Below are positions 47,205 to 55,753 of a stretch of DNA of 64,000 nt, piece by piece. This stretch comes from Acutalibacteraceae bacterium (lineage in GTDB: Bacteria; Bacillota; Clostridia; Oscillospirales; Acutalibacteraceae): positions 15,455-79,454 of the forward strand of contig JBGUWM010000172.1 in the NCBI GenBank assembly GCA_045221175.1, read 5' to 3'. The notes below the pieces were generated by a model that did not search any database, was not told the DNA's origin, and worked only from the letters and a program-made list of their open reading frames with translations. The stretch's first letter is position 1. The number at the start of each line of letters is the position of its first letter. Position numbers and translations under genes: made by a program.

Positions 47205-47715
47205 CGGAAAAATGAGCTTCGGCAGCTATGTCTTTCCGGTGAATCCTTATATGCTCAGAATCCTTCATCAGAAAACCGTTGCCGAGCATAAGATTCCGTC
47301 ATACAAAAGTCTGACGGAAGAAACGGGAATGAGCTGTACGAGGATTCAAGGGGAGGGCGAGTTTTTCGGTGAAGATGCCGAGCTTCAGTTTTTAGAATTG
47401 AAAAGTGTTTTTGAAAATACAGGAGCAGACATTCTTTATCTGCCTTCACAAAAGCCTGTGTTGGCTGTTTTTGAGTCTTTGGAGCTGTCAGGAAGCGATA
47501 TCGGCGGCGTAATCCGGTACAAATTTTCGTTTGTTGAGCAAACCGGAAAGGATACCGTAAGAAAGCTGACGCAAAAGACAGCCGACGGTCGGAAATGTCT
47601 GTGGGATTATGCCGGTGAATCGGGGATTCCGGTGGAAATCCTGATGAAGCTTAACCCTGATATTGAAAGACCGGATCGTCCGGTTTCTGCCGGAAAGCAG
47701 GTGTTTTTATGCTGA
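47194..47715 (+). CDS. LysM-domain tail/baseplate protein (XkdP / Mu gp43-position)
   Basis: About 173 aa with an AGGAGG RBS and a C-terminal LysM-like segment (LWDYAGESGIPVEILMKLNP...GKQVFL). Confidence 0.5.
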   Translation: MNGNGKMSFGSYVFPVNPYMLRILHQKTVAEHKIPSYKSLTEETGMSCTRIQGEGEFFGEDAELQFLELKSVFENTGADILYLPSQKPVLAVFESLELSGSDIGGVIRYKFSFVEQTGKDTVRKLTQKTADGRKCLWDYAGESGIPVEILMKLNPDIERPDRPVSAGKQVFLC

Positions 47716-48626
47716 CCGTGGTTTTGACGGATATTGAGGGGCGTCAGTCAACTTTGTACCGTCCGCTGAAGCTGAGTCTGGTGTCGGAGGGAGGAGCGCC
47801 GGCAGATGCACTGAAAGCTGTCTTTGCCGTCAGCGGCAGTGTGCCGGCGTTTTTTTCTGCCGAAGTCATCAATAACGGCGAACAGTTGTTTTTGGGTTTT
47901 GTGGATCAGCAGGATACGGAATACAGTGAGAAAGGAATGCTGTTGACGATTACTGCCAGAAGCAGAGCTTGTTTGCTGTTGGATAATGAGGCACGGCCGC
48001 AGACTTATATCAAGCCGTCAATGCCGCTTTTGATGAAAAGACATTTTGCGCCGCTGGGTTTTACAGACTATGCGGGAACCGACCGCCCCTTTATCGGGCA
48101 GCTTACAGTGGTGAAGGGTATGAGTGAGTGGGCGGTGCTGTGCAGATTCTGCGAACTGTTTCTCCATATCGTGCCGAAGGTCCGAAGGAACGGTGTGATT
48201 GACGTTTCCGGAGAGGCCCCGGGGGAAATACTGACTTTATCTGAGCAGCGAATTATTTCTTACACCTACTCTTTGAAAAATCGTGTATTGATTTCAGATA
48301 TTCTTGCCAGAACACATATCCGTGGAGCTTATACCATGCCCCTGAAGAGTGAAAAAGCACGTCTGCTGGGGATCAGAAGAAAGCGGTATGTGGATTCTTT
48401 TGACAGCAAGTCCAGAAGCGTGCTGACTGCTCAGGAAATGCTCCGGAAATCGGAGGCAGCGTATGAAACAGTAACGGCAGAATGCAGCGGCTGCTTCTTC
48501 TGCGAAACAGGAACAACCCTTCGTCTTCCCTACAGTGAGAAAGACTATTGTGTACGGGAAGTGGTATATACCTATGATCTTTCGGGAGAGAAGACCAGAA
48601 TCATTGCGGAGGTGAAGCATAAATGA
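47709..48626 (+). CDS. baseplate hub protein (P2 gpD / Mu gp44 / XkdQ-like)
   Basis: 305 aa. Size and position match XkdQ-type proteins. It overlaps both neighbouring genes. Confidence 0.5.
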   Translation: MLTVVLTDIEGRQSTLYRPLKLSLVSEGGAPADALKAVFAVSGSVPAFFSAEVINNGEQLFLGFVDQQDTEYSEKGMLLTITARSRACLLLDNEARPQTYIKPSMPLLMKRHFAPLGFTDYAGTDRPFIGQLTVVKGMSEWAVLCRFCELFLHIVPKVRRNGVIDVSGEAPGEILTLSEQRIISYTYSLKNRVLISDILARTHIRGAYTMPLKSEKARLLGIRRKRYVDSFDSKSRSVLTAQEMLRKSEAAYETVTAECSGCFFCETGTTLRLPYSEKDYCVREVVYTYDLSGEKTRIIAEVKHK

Positions 48627-48988
48627 AGCTTTCGGAAAAAATCGGCAGAAAAAAATCGTCCTCCGTGCATTGCAAGACAGGTATGATCCTGAACAGTGCG
48701 GACAGAAGACTTGCCGCCAATGCCGTACACGGCAAAAGACAGACGGCAATTGTCGTACCGGGCGGTATGTGTTATATTCCCAGACCCGGAGAGGATGCCG
48801 TGATGCTGTCGGATGAAAATGAGCAGCTTTGTATTGGCATAAAAATGCTGCAGAATCAATTTGAGATTCAGCCGGGAGAACTGGTTCTGTTTACAGAAAA
48901 CGGCAACCGGATTGTGCTGAAGAAAAACGGCAGAATTGAATTATTCGGAGATGTTTACATCAACGGGACAAAACTGGAGGTGAACTGA
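48623..48988 (+). CDS. small baseplate spike/plug protein (gpV / Mu gp45 / XkdR-like)
   Basis: 121 aa with a Gly-punctuated OB-like pattern (PGELVLFTENGNRIVLKKNGRIELFGDVYING). Confidence 0.45.
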   Translation: MKLSEKIGRKKSSSVHCKTGMILNSADRRLAANAVHGKRQTAIVVPGGMCYIPRPGEDAVMLSDENEQLCIGIKMLQNQFEIQPGELVLFTENGNRIVLKKNGRIELFGDVYINGTKLEVN

Positions 48989-48989
48989 A

Positions 48990-49337
48990 ATGGATACGGC
49001 TATCTGCCTTGATGGTGACTTTGCAGTAGATGATCAACACCGCTTGTGCCGGATTACCGGCAAAGCAGAGCTTGCACAGCAGTTATATATTCGGTTGTCT
49101 GCAGTCAGGAACGGTTTTTGGTATGACAGGAAACTTGGCAGCGGCATAGCTCAGGTGGATCTGAATGCGACGGATGCTGTGCAGAAGATAGAAGCAGAAG
49201 CAAGAAAAGCTCTTGCGGATATAGCGCAGGCTGAGGTGACGGGAGTACAGATCAGCGGTGGTACGGTAACAGTGTTTGTGTGCTGCAGGGGAGAGGAATT
49301 TTCAATTGACATCAGAAGGGGGAATGAATTTGAGTGA
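48990..49337 (+). CDS. baseplate wedge protein (Mu gp46 / gp25-W / XkdS-like)
   Basis: 115 aa. The N-terminal L.GDF.VD....L pattern is typical of GP46-like proteins. Confidence 0.45.
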   Translation: MDTAICLDGDFAVDDQHRLCRITGKAELAQQLYIRLSAVRNGFWYDRKLGSGIAQVDLNATDAVQKIEAEARKALADIAQAEVTGVQISGGTVTVFVCCRGEEFSIDIRRGNEFE

Positions 49338-50391
49338 TACATACACAGCAATTCTTGACAGAATGAAGGAAAAATTTACGGAGCTGACCGGAATGGATAC
49401 GGACGAGGCTTCTGATATCGGTATCAGAATGAAACTGCTGGCAGGAGAAGTGTTTTCTCTTTCCGCAGAGATTGATTGGATAAAACAGCAGATGTTTCCG
49501 CACACAGCCACAGGTGAAATGCTGGATCTTCATGCACAGCAGAGAGGTCTGCAGCGTAACAAGGGACAAAAAGCAAAGGGAATGGTTGTCTTTATGCTGG
49601 AAATGCCGCTGGATTATACTTTTATTGTGCCGGAAGGAACGGTTTGTACGGTTGAGGACGGGTCGCTTCGCTTTGTTACAACAGAACCGGGCAGTATTGA
49701 ACAGGGAAGCACTACCGTCTGGGTCAACTGCGAAGCTGAAAACAGCGGAGAACAGTACAATGTGGAAAATACGTTGGTCAACACGATTGTGACATACCTC
49801 TCTGTTGGCATACGCATTAACAATTCCTCTGCTTTCTACGGCGGAACAGACGATGAAGACGATGCTTCTCTGAGAGAAAGACTCATACAAAGCTATCGTG
49901 ATACGCCCGATGGCGTAAATGCCGCATTTTTCAGATCTCTTGCAGAAAGTGTAGAGGGCGTTCAGTCAGCCAATATCTTTCGGCTCGCTGATACCCCTGC
50001 ATGGGTGGGCATTGTCCTTGCCGGCCGAGGAGAGCCGGTGTCTGCAGAGGCGATGAGTGAGGCAAGAACTCTGCTGAACAGTCATGCGCCGATCGGCATT
50101 AATCTGCTGATTGAAAATACAGGTTTGCTGAATTATAATGTCAGTGTGAGTATAGCCGTTAAAAGCGGATATCGTTTTGAAACGGTACAGCAAAATGTCA
50201 TGCAGGTGATCCGGAACTTTATGCTGAATCTGAAGGTGGCAGAGAGCGTTTATCTTACCGCTCTGGGCAAGGCTGTGCTGGAGGCGGAGGGCGTTGAAAA
50301 TTATGCTTTTGGTGCCTCTATGCAGGATACAACGCCGCTGGGCAGTCAGTTGCTGGTGCTGAACCAACTGACTGTCAGTGAGATGACGTAA
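49324..50391 (+). CDS. Baseplate_J-like protein (P2 gpJ / Mu gp47 / XkdT-like)
   Basis: About 355 aa. I prefer the ATG at 49324 (MNLSDTYTAILDRMKEKF). The MLDLHAQQRGLQRNKGQKAKGMVVF segment is family-typical. Confidence 0.7.
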   Translation: MNLSDTYTAILDRMKEKFTELTGMDTDEASDIGIRMKLLAGEVFSLSAEIDWIKQQMFPHTATGEMLDLHAQQRGLQRNKGQKAKGMVVFMLEMPLDYTFIVPEGTVCTVEDGSLRFVTTEPGSIEQGSTTVWVNCEAENSGEQYNVENTLVNTIVTYLSVGIRINNSSAFYGGTDDEDDASLRERLIQSYRDTPDGVNAAFFRSLAESVEGVQSANIFRLADTPAWVGIVLAGRGEPVSAEAMSEARTLLNSHAPIGINLLIENTGLLNYNVSVSIAVKSGYRFETVQQNVMQVIRNFMLNLKVAESVYLTALGKAVLEAEGVENYAFGASMQDTTPLGSQLLVLNQLTVSEMT

Positions 50392-50404
50392 GGACGGTGA
50401 AACA

Positions 50405-50881
50405 ATGGGCGAATATGAGGGAATGCAGCATCTGCTGGAAGCAACAGGCTTATATGCTGCCGGTGATGACAGTATTGTCGGTGCAGAGCTGCAGGCTTAT
50501 GCGGCGGGGCTGGATCCTTTGTTTGATGCGATACAGGAGCTGAAAAGAGAATGTTTTGTTTCTACAGCGCAGGACTATGGGCTGAGCTGCCGAGAGGCAA
50601 TGCTGAATCGGGTGAATTTGCTTGAAACACTGCAGGGCAGAAGAAATGCGCTGGAAAAAGCGCTTTCCCTGACGGCGAAGGATTGTACCGTCAGCGGAAT
50701 GCAAAAGGTGATCGAAAGCTTTAACGCACACGGCACGCTGACCTTTTCGGACAGTGAAATGAAAATAGTGTTTCACTGTACAGACAGCATGAACGAAGAA
50801 CAGCGTGAGTTGATGCAGGAACAAATGCGGCTGATGATGCCGTGCTGGACCGACTTTGAGCTTACAGTGGAATCGCAGTGA
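50405..50881 (+). CDS. tail/baseplate protein of the DUF2313 type (P2 gpI / Mu gp48 / XkdU-like)
   Basis: 158 aa. It follows Baseplate_J as in PBSX and Mu. It is the last gene of the cluster. Confidence 0.5.
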   Translation: MGEYEGMQHLLEATGLYAAGDDSIVGAELQAYAAGLDPLFDAIQELKRECFVSTAQDYGLSCREAMLNRVNLLETLQGRRNALEKALSLTAKDCTVSGMQKVIESFNAHGTLTFSDSEMKIVFHCTDSMNEEQRELMQEQMRLMMPCWTDFELTVESQ

Positions 50882-50883
50882 TG

Positions 50884-50980
50884 ACAGGACAGGGCAAAAG
50901 TAAACGGGGCAATCATCAAACACAGGGGCGAGAAAATCAAACAGGGCAAAAATAAAACCGGGCAATAAAAATGGGACAAG
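50884..50980 (+). repeat. six degenerate A-rich + GGG(G)CAA units in the 3' untranslated end of the phage-derived operon
   Basis: GGGC/GGGAC cores at about 50892, 50907, 50926, 50944, 50960 and 50973, spaced 13-19 nt apart. The array lies between the last phage ORF and the terminator. Confidence 0.5.
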
Positions 50981-50987
50981 AAAGAAA

Positions 50988-51025
50988 CAGAGTGCGGCGT
51001 AATCTTACGCTGCACTCTGCTTTTG
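50988..51025. terminator. bidirectional intrinsic terminator between the phage-derived operon (+) and ilvN (-)
   Basis: CAGAGTGCGGCGTAA pairs with TTACGCTGCACTCTG. It is followed by CTTTTG on the plus strand and TTTCTTTCTT on the minus strand. Confidence 0.7.
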
Positions 51026-51064
51026 TATAAAGTCATTCAGTTAAGGTCTTTGAGTTAAGGTTAT

Positions 51065-51562
51065 TCAGTCGGCAAGACAATTGTCACCGTTGGCAAGGGC
51101 AGCAATGCCTGTTCTTGCCATTTCAAGAATGCCGTAGGGAGCAAGATCCTGCGTCAGTTTGTCAAGCTGGGCGGGTGTTCCGGAAGCACGGAAGGTCAGG
51201 GAATGCTCACCTAAATTGACCATGGACGCATGATAGGTAGAGGTCAGGGCGATGATATCGTTTTTGTTTTGACTGTCGGAGCTGACCTTGATCAGAATCA
51301 GTTCCATTGCAACGGAGGTTTCTTCCGGCAGAACTTCTGCTTTTTTTACGTCGACAATTTTAAGCATCTGATTGATGAACTGCTCAACCTGATTGTCGTC
51401 TCCGCTCATGCGGACAGTCAGACGGGAATAACCCTCAATACCGGAGGGACTGGCAGTCAGGCTGTCGATATTAAAGCCTCGGCGGGAGATCAGGCTTGTG
51501 ATACGGAGCAGTACGCCGGGGTGGTTGTGGGCTAATATACTGATAATCTGCTTGTTTTCCAT
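51065..51562 (-). CDS. ilvN: acetolactate synthase small (regulatory, ACT-domain) subunit
   Basis: 165 aa. The N-terminal segment ISILAHNHPGVLLRITSLISRRGFNIDSL is the classic ACT start. It lies immediately downstream of ilvB. Confidence 0.9.
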   Translation of the reverse strand: MENKQIISILAHNHPGVLLRITSLISRRGFNIDSLTASPSGIEGYSRLTVRMSGDDNQVEQFINQMLKIVDVKKAEVLPEETSVAMELILIKVSSDSQNKNDIIALTSTYHASMVNLGEHSLTFRASGTPAQLDKLTQDLAPYGILEMARTGIAALANGDNCLAD

Positions 51563-51569
51563 TCTGATA

Positions 51570-53243
51570 TCACTCCATTTCCGTAATCATGTCATCAACC
51601 GTTTTTCCCGGAGGAATCATCGGCAGAACATTTTCGTCAGGTGAGATGCGGCAGTCGATGACAACCGGCTCCTGTTGTGCAAGGGCTTCTTTCAGCACAG
51701 CTTCGGCGTCGTCATCGTTATGTATCTGCATCCCCTTGACCCCGAAGGCTTCTGCTACTGCTGCAAAATCGGTTTTTCTGTGGGGGTCTGTCTGAGAGAA
51801 GCGATGTCCGTAAAACAGCTTCTGCCACTGACGCACCATGCCCAGAACCGTATTGTTCAGCACTACTACTACAATCGGTAAATGATATGAGCATACGGTA
51901 GCAAGTTCGTTAAGGTTCATGTGGAAGCTGCCGTCGCCTGTGAACAGTACTACCCGCTTTTGCGGATTGGCAACAGATGCGCCGATGGCTGCGCCCATGC
52001 CGTAGCCCATGGTTCCGAGCCCGCCGGAAGTACACCATCTTCTGGGCTTTTCAAAGCGATATTTCTGCGATACCCACATCTGGTGCTGACCTACATCGGT
52101 AACGACAATATCGTCGTCTGTCAGCAGCTTGTTAACGGTTTCGATGATATGGTAGGGGTGTGCATAGTGATCTGATTTCGGTGTTTCGGTTACGCCGGAT
52201 TTTTTGGACCATTCTTCTACCTGTGCTGTCCATTCCTCATGTCCGGCGGCACTGACTGCATCGGTCAGGTTTTTCAGAGTGTCTTTCAGATCGCCCACAA
52301 GGCTGTAGTTGATGCGGACATTCTTGTTGATTTCGGCTTTATCAATGTCAAGCTGAATGATGGTGGCGTTCTTGCCGAATTTTTCTCTGTCGCCTGCCAC
52401 ACGGTCGGAAAATCTTGCGCCGACAGTGATGATCAGGTCACAGTTATCGGTTGCCTTACCTGTTTCATAGCCGCCGTGCATACCAATCGTGCCGATAAAC
52501 AGTCTGTGAGAAGACGGAAAACCGCCCAGACCCATGATAGAAGTGGCAACAGGACAGTCTATCTTTTCAGCAAATTCAAGCAGTTCTTTTTCTGCGTCTG
52601 CACTGATAACGCCGCCGCCCATATAAATCATAGGGCGCTTTGCCTGATCAATTGCTTTTGCTGCTGCGGCAAAATCGGCTGCATCGGAGCACAGCGGATT
52701 GACAATCTGCTGAGGCTTTTCGGGAGTATATTCACAAACGGCGCCTGTTACGTCTTTGGGGATATCAATGAGTACCGGACCCTTTCTGCCGGACATGGCT
52801 ATGCGGAAGGCTTTGCGAATGACGTTGGCAAGATCCTTTACGTTTTTCACGATAAAGTTATGCTTTGTAATGGGAAGTGTAATGCCGGTGATATCAACTT
52901 CCTGAAAGCTGTCACGAGCCAGCAGGTCGTTGGATACGTTGCCTGTAATAGCGACCATAGGGACAGAGTCCATAAAAGCCGTGGCGATGCCTGTAACAAG
53001 ATTAGTAGCGCCGGGACCGGATGTGGCGATGACCACACCGCATTTGCCGGTTGTTCTGGCGTAGCCGTCTGCGGCATGGGCTGCGCCCTGCTCGTGGGAC
53101 GACAGAATATGTGTGATTTTGTCGCTGTATTTGTAAAGGGCGTCGTAAATATTCAGTACGGCACCGCCCGGATATCCGAATACGGTGTCAACGCCCTGTT
53201 CCAACAGGCATTCAGCGATAATTTCAGAACCGTTAAGCTGCAT
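51570..53243 (-). CDS. ilvB: acetolactate synthase large (catalytic, ThDP) subunit
   Basis: I prefer the internal ATG at 53243 (MQLNGSEIIAECLLEQGVDTVFGYPGGAVL) with a GGAGG RBS. The track 41-codon N-terminal extension has no family support. A ThDP motif (GDGSF..N..EL) is present. Confidence 0.9.
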   Translation of the reverse strand: MQLNGSEIIAECLLEQGVDTVFGYPGGAVLNIYDALYKYSDKITHILSSHEQGAAHAADGYARTTGKCGVVIATSGPGATNLVTGIATAFMDSVPMVAITGNVSNDLLARDSFQEVDITGITLPITKHNFIVKNVKDLANVIRKAFRIAMSGRKGPVLIDIPKDVTGAVCEYTPEKPQQIVNPLCSDAADFAAAAKAIDQAKRPMIYMGGGVISADAEKELLEFAEKIDCPVATSIMGLGGFPSSHRLFIGTIGMHGGYETGKATDNCDLIITVGARFSDRVAGDREKFGKNATIIQLDIDKAEINKNVRINYSLVGDLKDTLKNLTDAVSAAGHEEWTAQVEEWSKKSGVTETPKSDHYAHPYHIIETVNKLLTDDDIVVTDVGQHQMWVSQKYRFEKPRRWCTSGGLGTMGYGMGAAIGASVANPQKRVVLFTGDGSFHMNLNELATVCSYHLPIVVVVLNNTVLGMVRQWQKLFYGHRFSQTDPHRKTDFAAVAEAFGVKGMQIHNDDDAEAVLKEALAQQEPVVIDCRISPDENVLPMIPPGKTVDDMITEME

Positions 53244-53324
53244 AAATGTTACCTCCGTTTTTGAACAGTCAGAGGATTCTGACCGAATCAATCCATTTTG
53301 TAAGGGGCAGCGAATGATTGAAAC

Positions 53325-53357
53325 AAAAAAGCTCCCTCTCCTTACAAGAGAGAAGCT
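53325..53357 (-). terminator. terminator-like hairpin plus T6 inside the ilvB leader (possible attenuator)
   Basis: On the minus strand: GCTTCTCTC-TTGTAAG-GAGAGGGAGC followed by TTTTTTG, about 85 nt upstream of the ilvB ATG. Confidence 0.4.
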
Positions 53358-53380
53358 GCTCTGCACCCTGCATTATCCTT

Positions 53381-53409
53381 ATCATACATTTTTTTTGACT
53401 TCAAGTCAA
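53381..53409 (-). promoter_or_regulatory. sigma-A-type promoter candidate for ilvBN (TTGACT-17-TATGAT). The -35 lies in a 15-nt palindrome.
   Basis: The reverse complement of 53404-53409 is TTGACT and of 53381-53386 is TATGAT. TTGACTTCAAGTCAA (53395-53409) is palindromic. Confidence 0.4.
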
Positions 53410-53593
53410 TAGGAAAGGGAAGAATTCGACAAAGAAACAAGCATTTAACCTGCGAAATTCGGCTGTTTATACCATTAGCCGATAAAAACGGGAATAAAAC
53501 CGACAACATACCTTATTGTGTGCGTGAGAAAGTCAGGAGAATAACGCAGCCTGTCGGTGATTGGTGAACGAGCAGAGTATCGTTTTTCTGCAA

Positions 53594-53637
53594 CAAAAAA
53601 CAGGCACACTCCCTGTTTTGTTTCGGAGTATGCCTGT
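53594..53637 (-). terminator. rho-independent terminator of lgt
   Basis: On the minus strand: ACAGGCATACTCC ... GGAGTGTGCCTGT followed by TTTTTTG. It starts 5 nt after the lgt stop. Confidence 0.7.
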
Positions 53638-53641
53638 CAGA

Positions 53642-54634
53642 TCATGCTTTTGTTTCCTTCTCGCTGTCCGGTACATCGTCCTGTGAATCATCTTTCAGAA
53701 CCATCGTTTGTCCGTCAGGAGTTTCTACAACAGCGCCCGGTTGCAGACGATTCTGCTCCCATGGAGCAATAGCACCGGCGTTTTTATTGTAGACATAACC
53801 TTCGGGAATCTGTCCGGTGGGAACTTTATATCCGAATTTGTCCTTGTTTTTCAGAACATAGCGGTTCAGCAGCATATAAATGCCCAGTGCCAGTACGATG
53901 ATGCTGATCCATTGTGAAGTGGAGATGCCGAACAGCTTGCCTCTGATTTCGTCCCCACGGAAGAACTCGTCAATAAAGCGCACCAGAGCGTAGCTGATGA
54001 AATAGATGCCCAGCAGAGAGCCTTTTTTGAGATGTTTGTTCCGCAAAGCCAGCAGAATGACCATAATCAGCAGATTAAATCCTGCTTCAATCAGCGGAAG
54101 CGGCAGTCTGGTGACAGTTTCTGTAACGCCGTCGTGAGTATGGGTGTAGGGAAGTCCCCACGAAGCCTCTATTCCATAGCAGCAGCCGGCAAACACGCAA
54201 CCGACTCTGCCGAAGGCGTGAAACAGAGGAATGGCGGGTGCAAAGAGATCGGCATACAGACTGAATTCTGCCTTGGCCGCTTTGCAGTAGATGAAGGCGG
54301 CTAAAATGGCGCCTAACAATCCTCCGTAAAAGACCATGCCGCCGAGAACCTCGGTGAATACAAGGTGAAAGTTATCCCATGATTCAAACACGACATCAAG
54401 GTGTTGCATGGAGTTGAGAAAGAAATCGAACCGGGTGAAAAAATAAACAATATGAGCGCCGAGAAAAGCGCCGATGGCGGCAAATATCGGAATATTGATA
54501 ATATGAATTTTGCTGTAGTCACGGCGCTTGCGAATTGTCAGAATGATCAGTCCTGCTGCAAACAGCAGCCCTGTCAAAGCGCACAATCCGTACATAGGAA
54601 TTGGTCTGCCAAAAACACTGATATAGGGAAGCAT
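53642..54634 (-). CDS. lgt: prolipoprotein diacylglyceryl transferase (with ~60-aa hydrophilic C-terminal extension)
   Basis: 330 aa with Lgt motifs (FYGGLLGAILAAF, FGRVGCVFAGCCYG). Confidence 0.9.
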   Translation of the reverse strand: MLPYISVFGRPIPMYGLCALTGLLFAAGLIILTIRKRRDYSKIHIINIPIFAAIGAFLGAHIVYFFTRFDFFLNSMQHLDVVFESWDNFHLVFTEVLGGMVFYGGLLGAILAAFIYCKAAKAEFSLYADLFAPAIPLFHAFGRVGCVFAGCCYGIEASWGLPYTHTHDGVTETVTRLPLPLIEAGFNLLIMVILLALRNKHLKKGSLLGIYFISYALVRFIDEFFRGDEIRGKLFGISTSQWISIIVLALGIYMLLNRYVLKNKDKFGYKVPTGQIPEGYVYNKNAGAIAPWEQNRLQPGAVVETPDGQTMVLKDDSQDDVPDSEKETKA

Positions 54635-54707
54635 TTGATCAATCCTTTCTTTTCATAAAAAATTGGCGGTCAGTTTATGACCGCCAAATCAGATGCTCAA
54701 AATCAAA

Positions 54708-55148
54708 TTACCAGGAAATATTGACTCCCTGAGACTTAAGTTTGCAGTAGTTGCAGGTAGCACAACCGGTAACAAAAATTGCAAAGATGCAGAGAATGAA
54801 GCCTGCAAGACCAAAGATGATACCGAGAGTAGCAACGGTACCTCTGGGAGCCCCGGATCTGATTCTCTTGTTACCCAGAATAAAGGACAGGAAACAGCCG
54901 CCTGCTGAAAGCAGGAAAGCAACGATGGTAAGGATCAAGCTATATACAGGCATACCTGTTGCACCGACTACAAGCAGAGACATACCAAAGCCTACTACAC
55001 TGGCTGTGCAAGCAAGAATGCTCAGCATATCGTTGTTAAACAACGGAGCCTTGGGAGCTCTGGGAGCCTGAGGTGCCATAGGAGGCTGATAGGGCTGTTG
55101 ATACTGCGGCTGCTGAGGCTGCTGGTTATAAGGATTCTGATTGTTCAT
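54708..55148 (-). CDS. small membrane protein with Pro/Gln-rich N-terminus
   Basis: 146 aa with a low-complexity N-terminus (NQNPYNQQPQQPQYQQPYQPP) followed by 3-4 hydrophobic helices. Confidence 0.55.
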   Translation of the reverse strand: MNNQNPYNQQPQQPQYQQPYQPPMAPQAPRAPKAPLFNNDMLSILACTASVVGFGMSLLVVGATGMPVYSLILTIVAFLLSAGGCFLSFILGNKRIRSGAPRGTVATLGIIFGLAGFILCIFAIFVTGCATCNYCKLKSQGVNISW

Positions 55149-55753
55149 ACATATACATTCCTTTCAATATAAACTCATAGGAAAAAATTTCCTTATGAAC
55201 TGTCTAAATCATACCATACCGTATAATCAAAGTCAAGATGAATCTGAAATTTGCATCCGAAAAAGTTTTCAAAAGATGTGTTCAAGTCTGTCAGTTGCAG
55301 TTGAAAATCATAGCAATATACCGTCAGTTGCTGCTGCCGTTCTTTGGATATTTTTTGCCTATACAGCGACAGAGCATAGCGGCAGACTGATCACATCTGC
55401 ATTGACAATCCTTTTGTTCATGCAGGAATACAGTCACGTATCGGTGATGCTGTCATGGTGCTTTTGTGGAAAAGTGGTGATTTAATCGTATATGTAAAAA
55501 TGTTATGATTCTTGTTATGGGGAAAGATAATATCTCACGTTATGCAGAAGGATTACGTTGCGGCTCTCGCTGAAAAGTGTGACAGAAAATTCGACAAAGG
55601 ATTGCTTTCAGATATGCTTCCTCTCTGATTCCGGCTCTGTGATTCTTTGAAGGCATAATTTAGCCCCGTATTCTCGTTGAATACGGGGCTTGCTGTCATG
55701 TGAGGATCCTGACAGTTGGCTGGATTCCGGCTTTTTTTGCGAGTGTGTGATAC

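Larger units (their letters stand above)
40169..50881 (+). mobile_element. phage-derived structural gene cluster (head module plus Mu/PBSX-type baseplate module). Incomplete: no sheath, tape measure, fibres, lysis, integrase or replication genes.
   Basis: 17 co-oriented ORFs with overlapping or closely spaced stop/start codons, in the canonical order terS-terL-portal-protease-MCP-connectors...baseplate. It is flanked directly by the pullulanase gene and ilvN. Confidence 0.75.

Noticed and set aside
55141-55485. 114-aa plus-strand ORF in the 600-bp gap between the small membrane protein gene and the LRR gene.
   Set aside because: It has no RBS and an odd composition. It starts inside the upstream region of the divergent/neighbouring gene. 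The hairpin AGCCCCGTATT..AATACGGGGCT (55661-55695) looks like the LRR gene terminator, but the rest is unexplained non-coding DNA.
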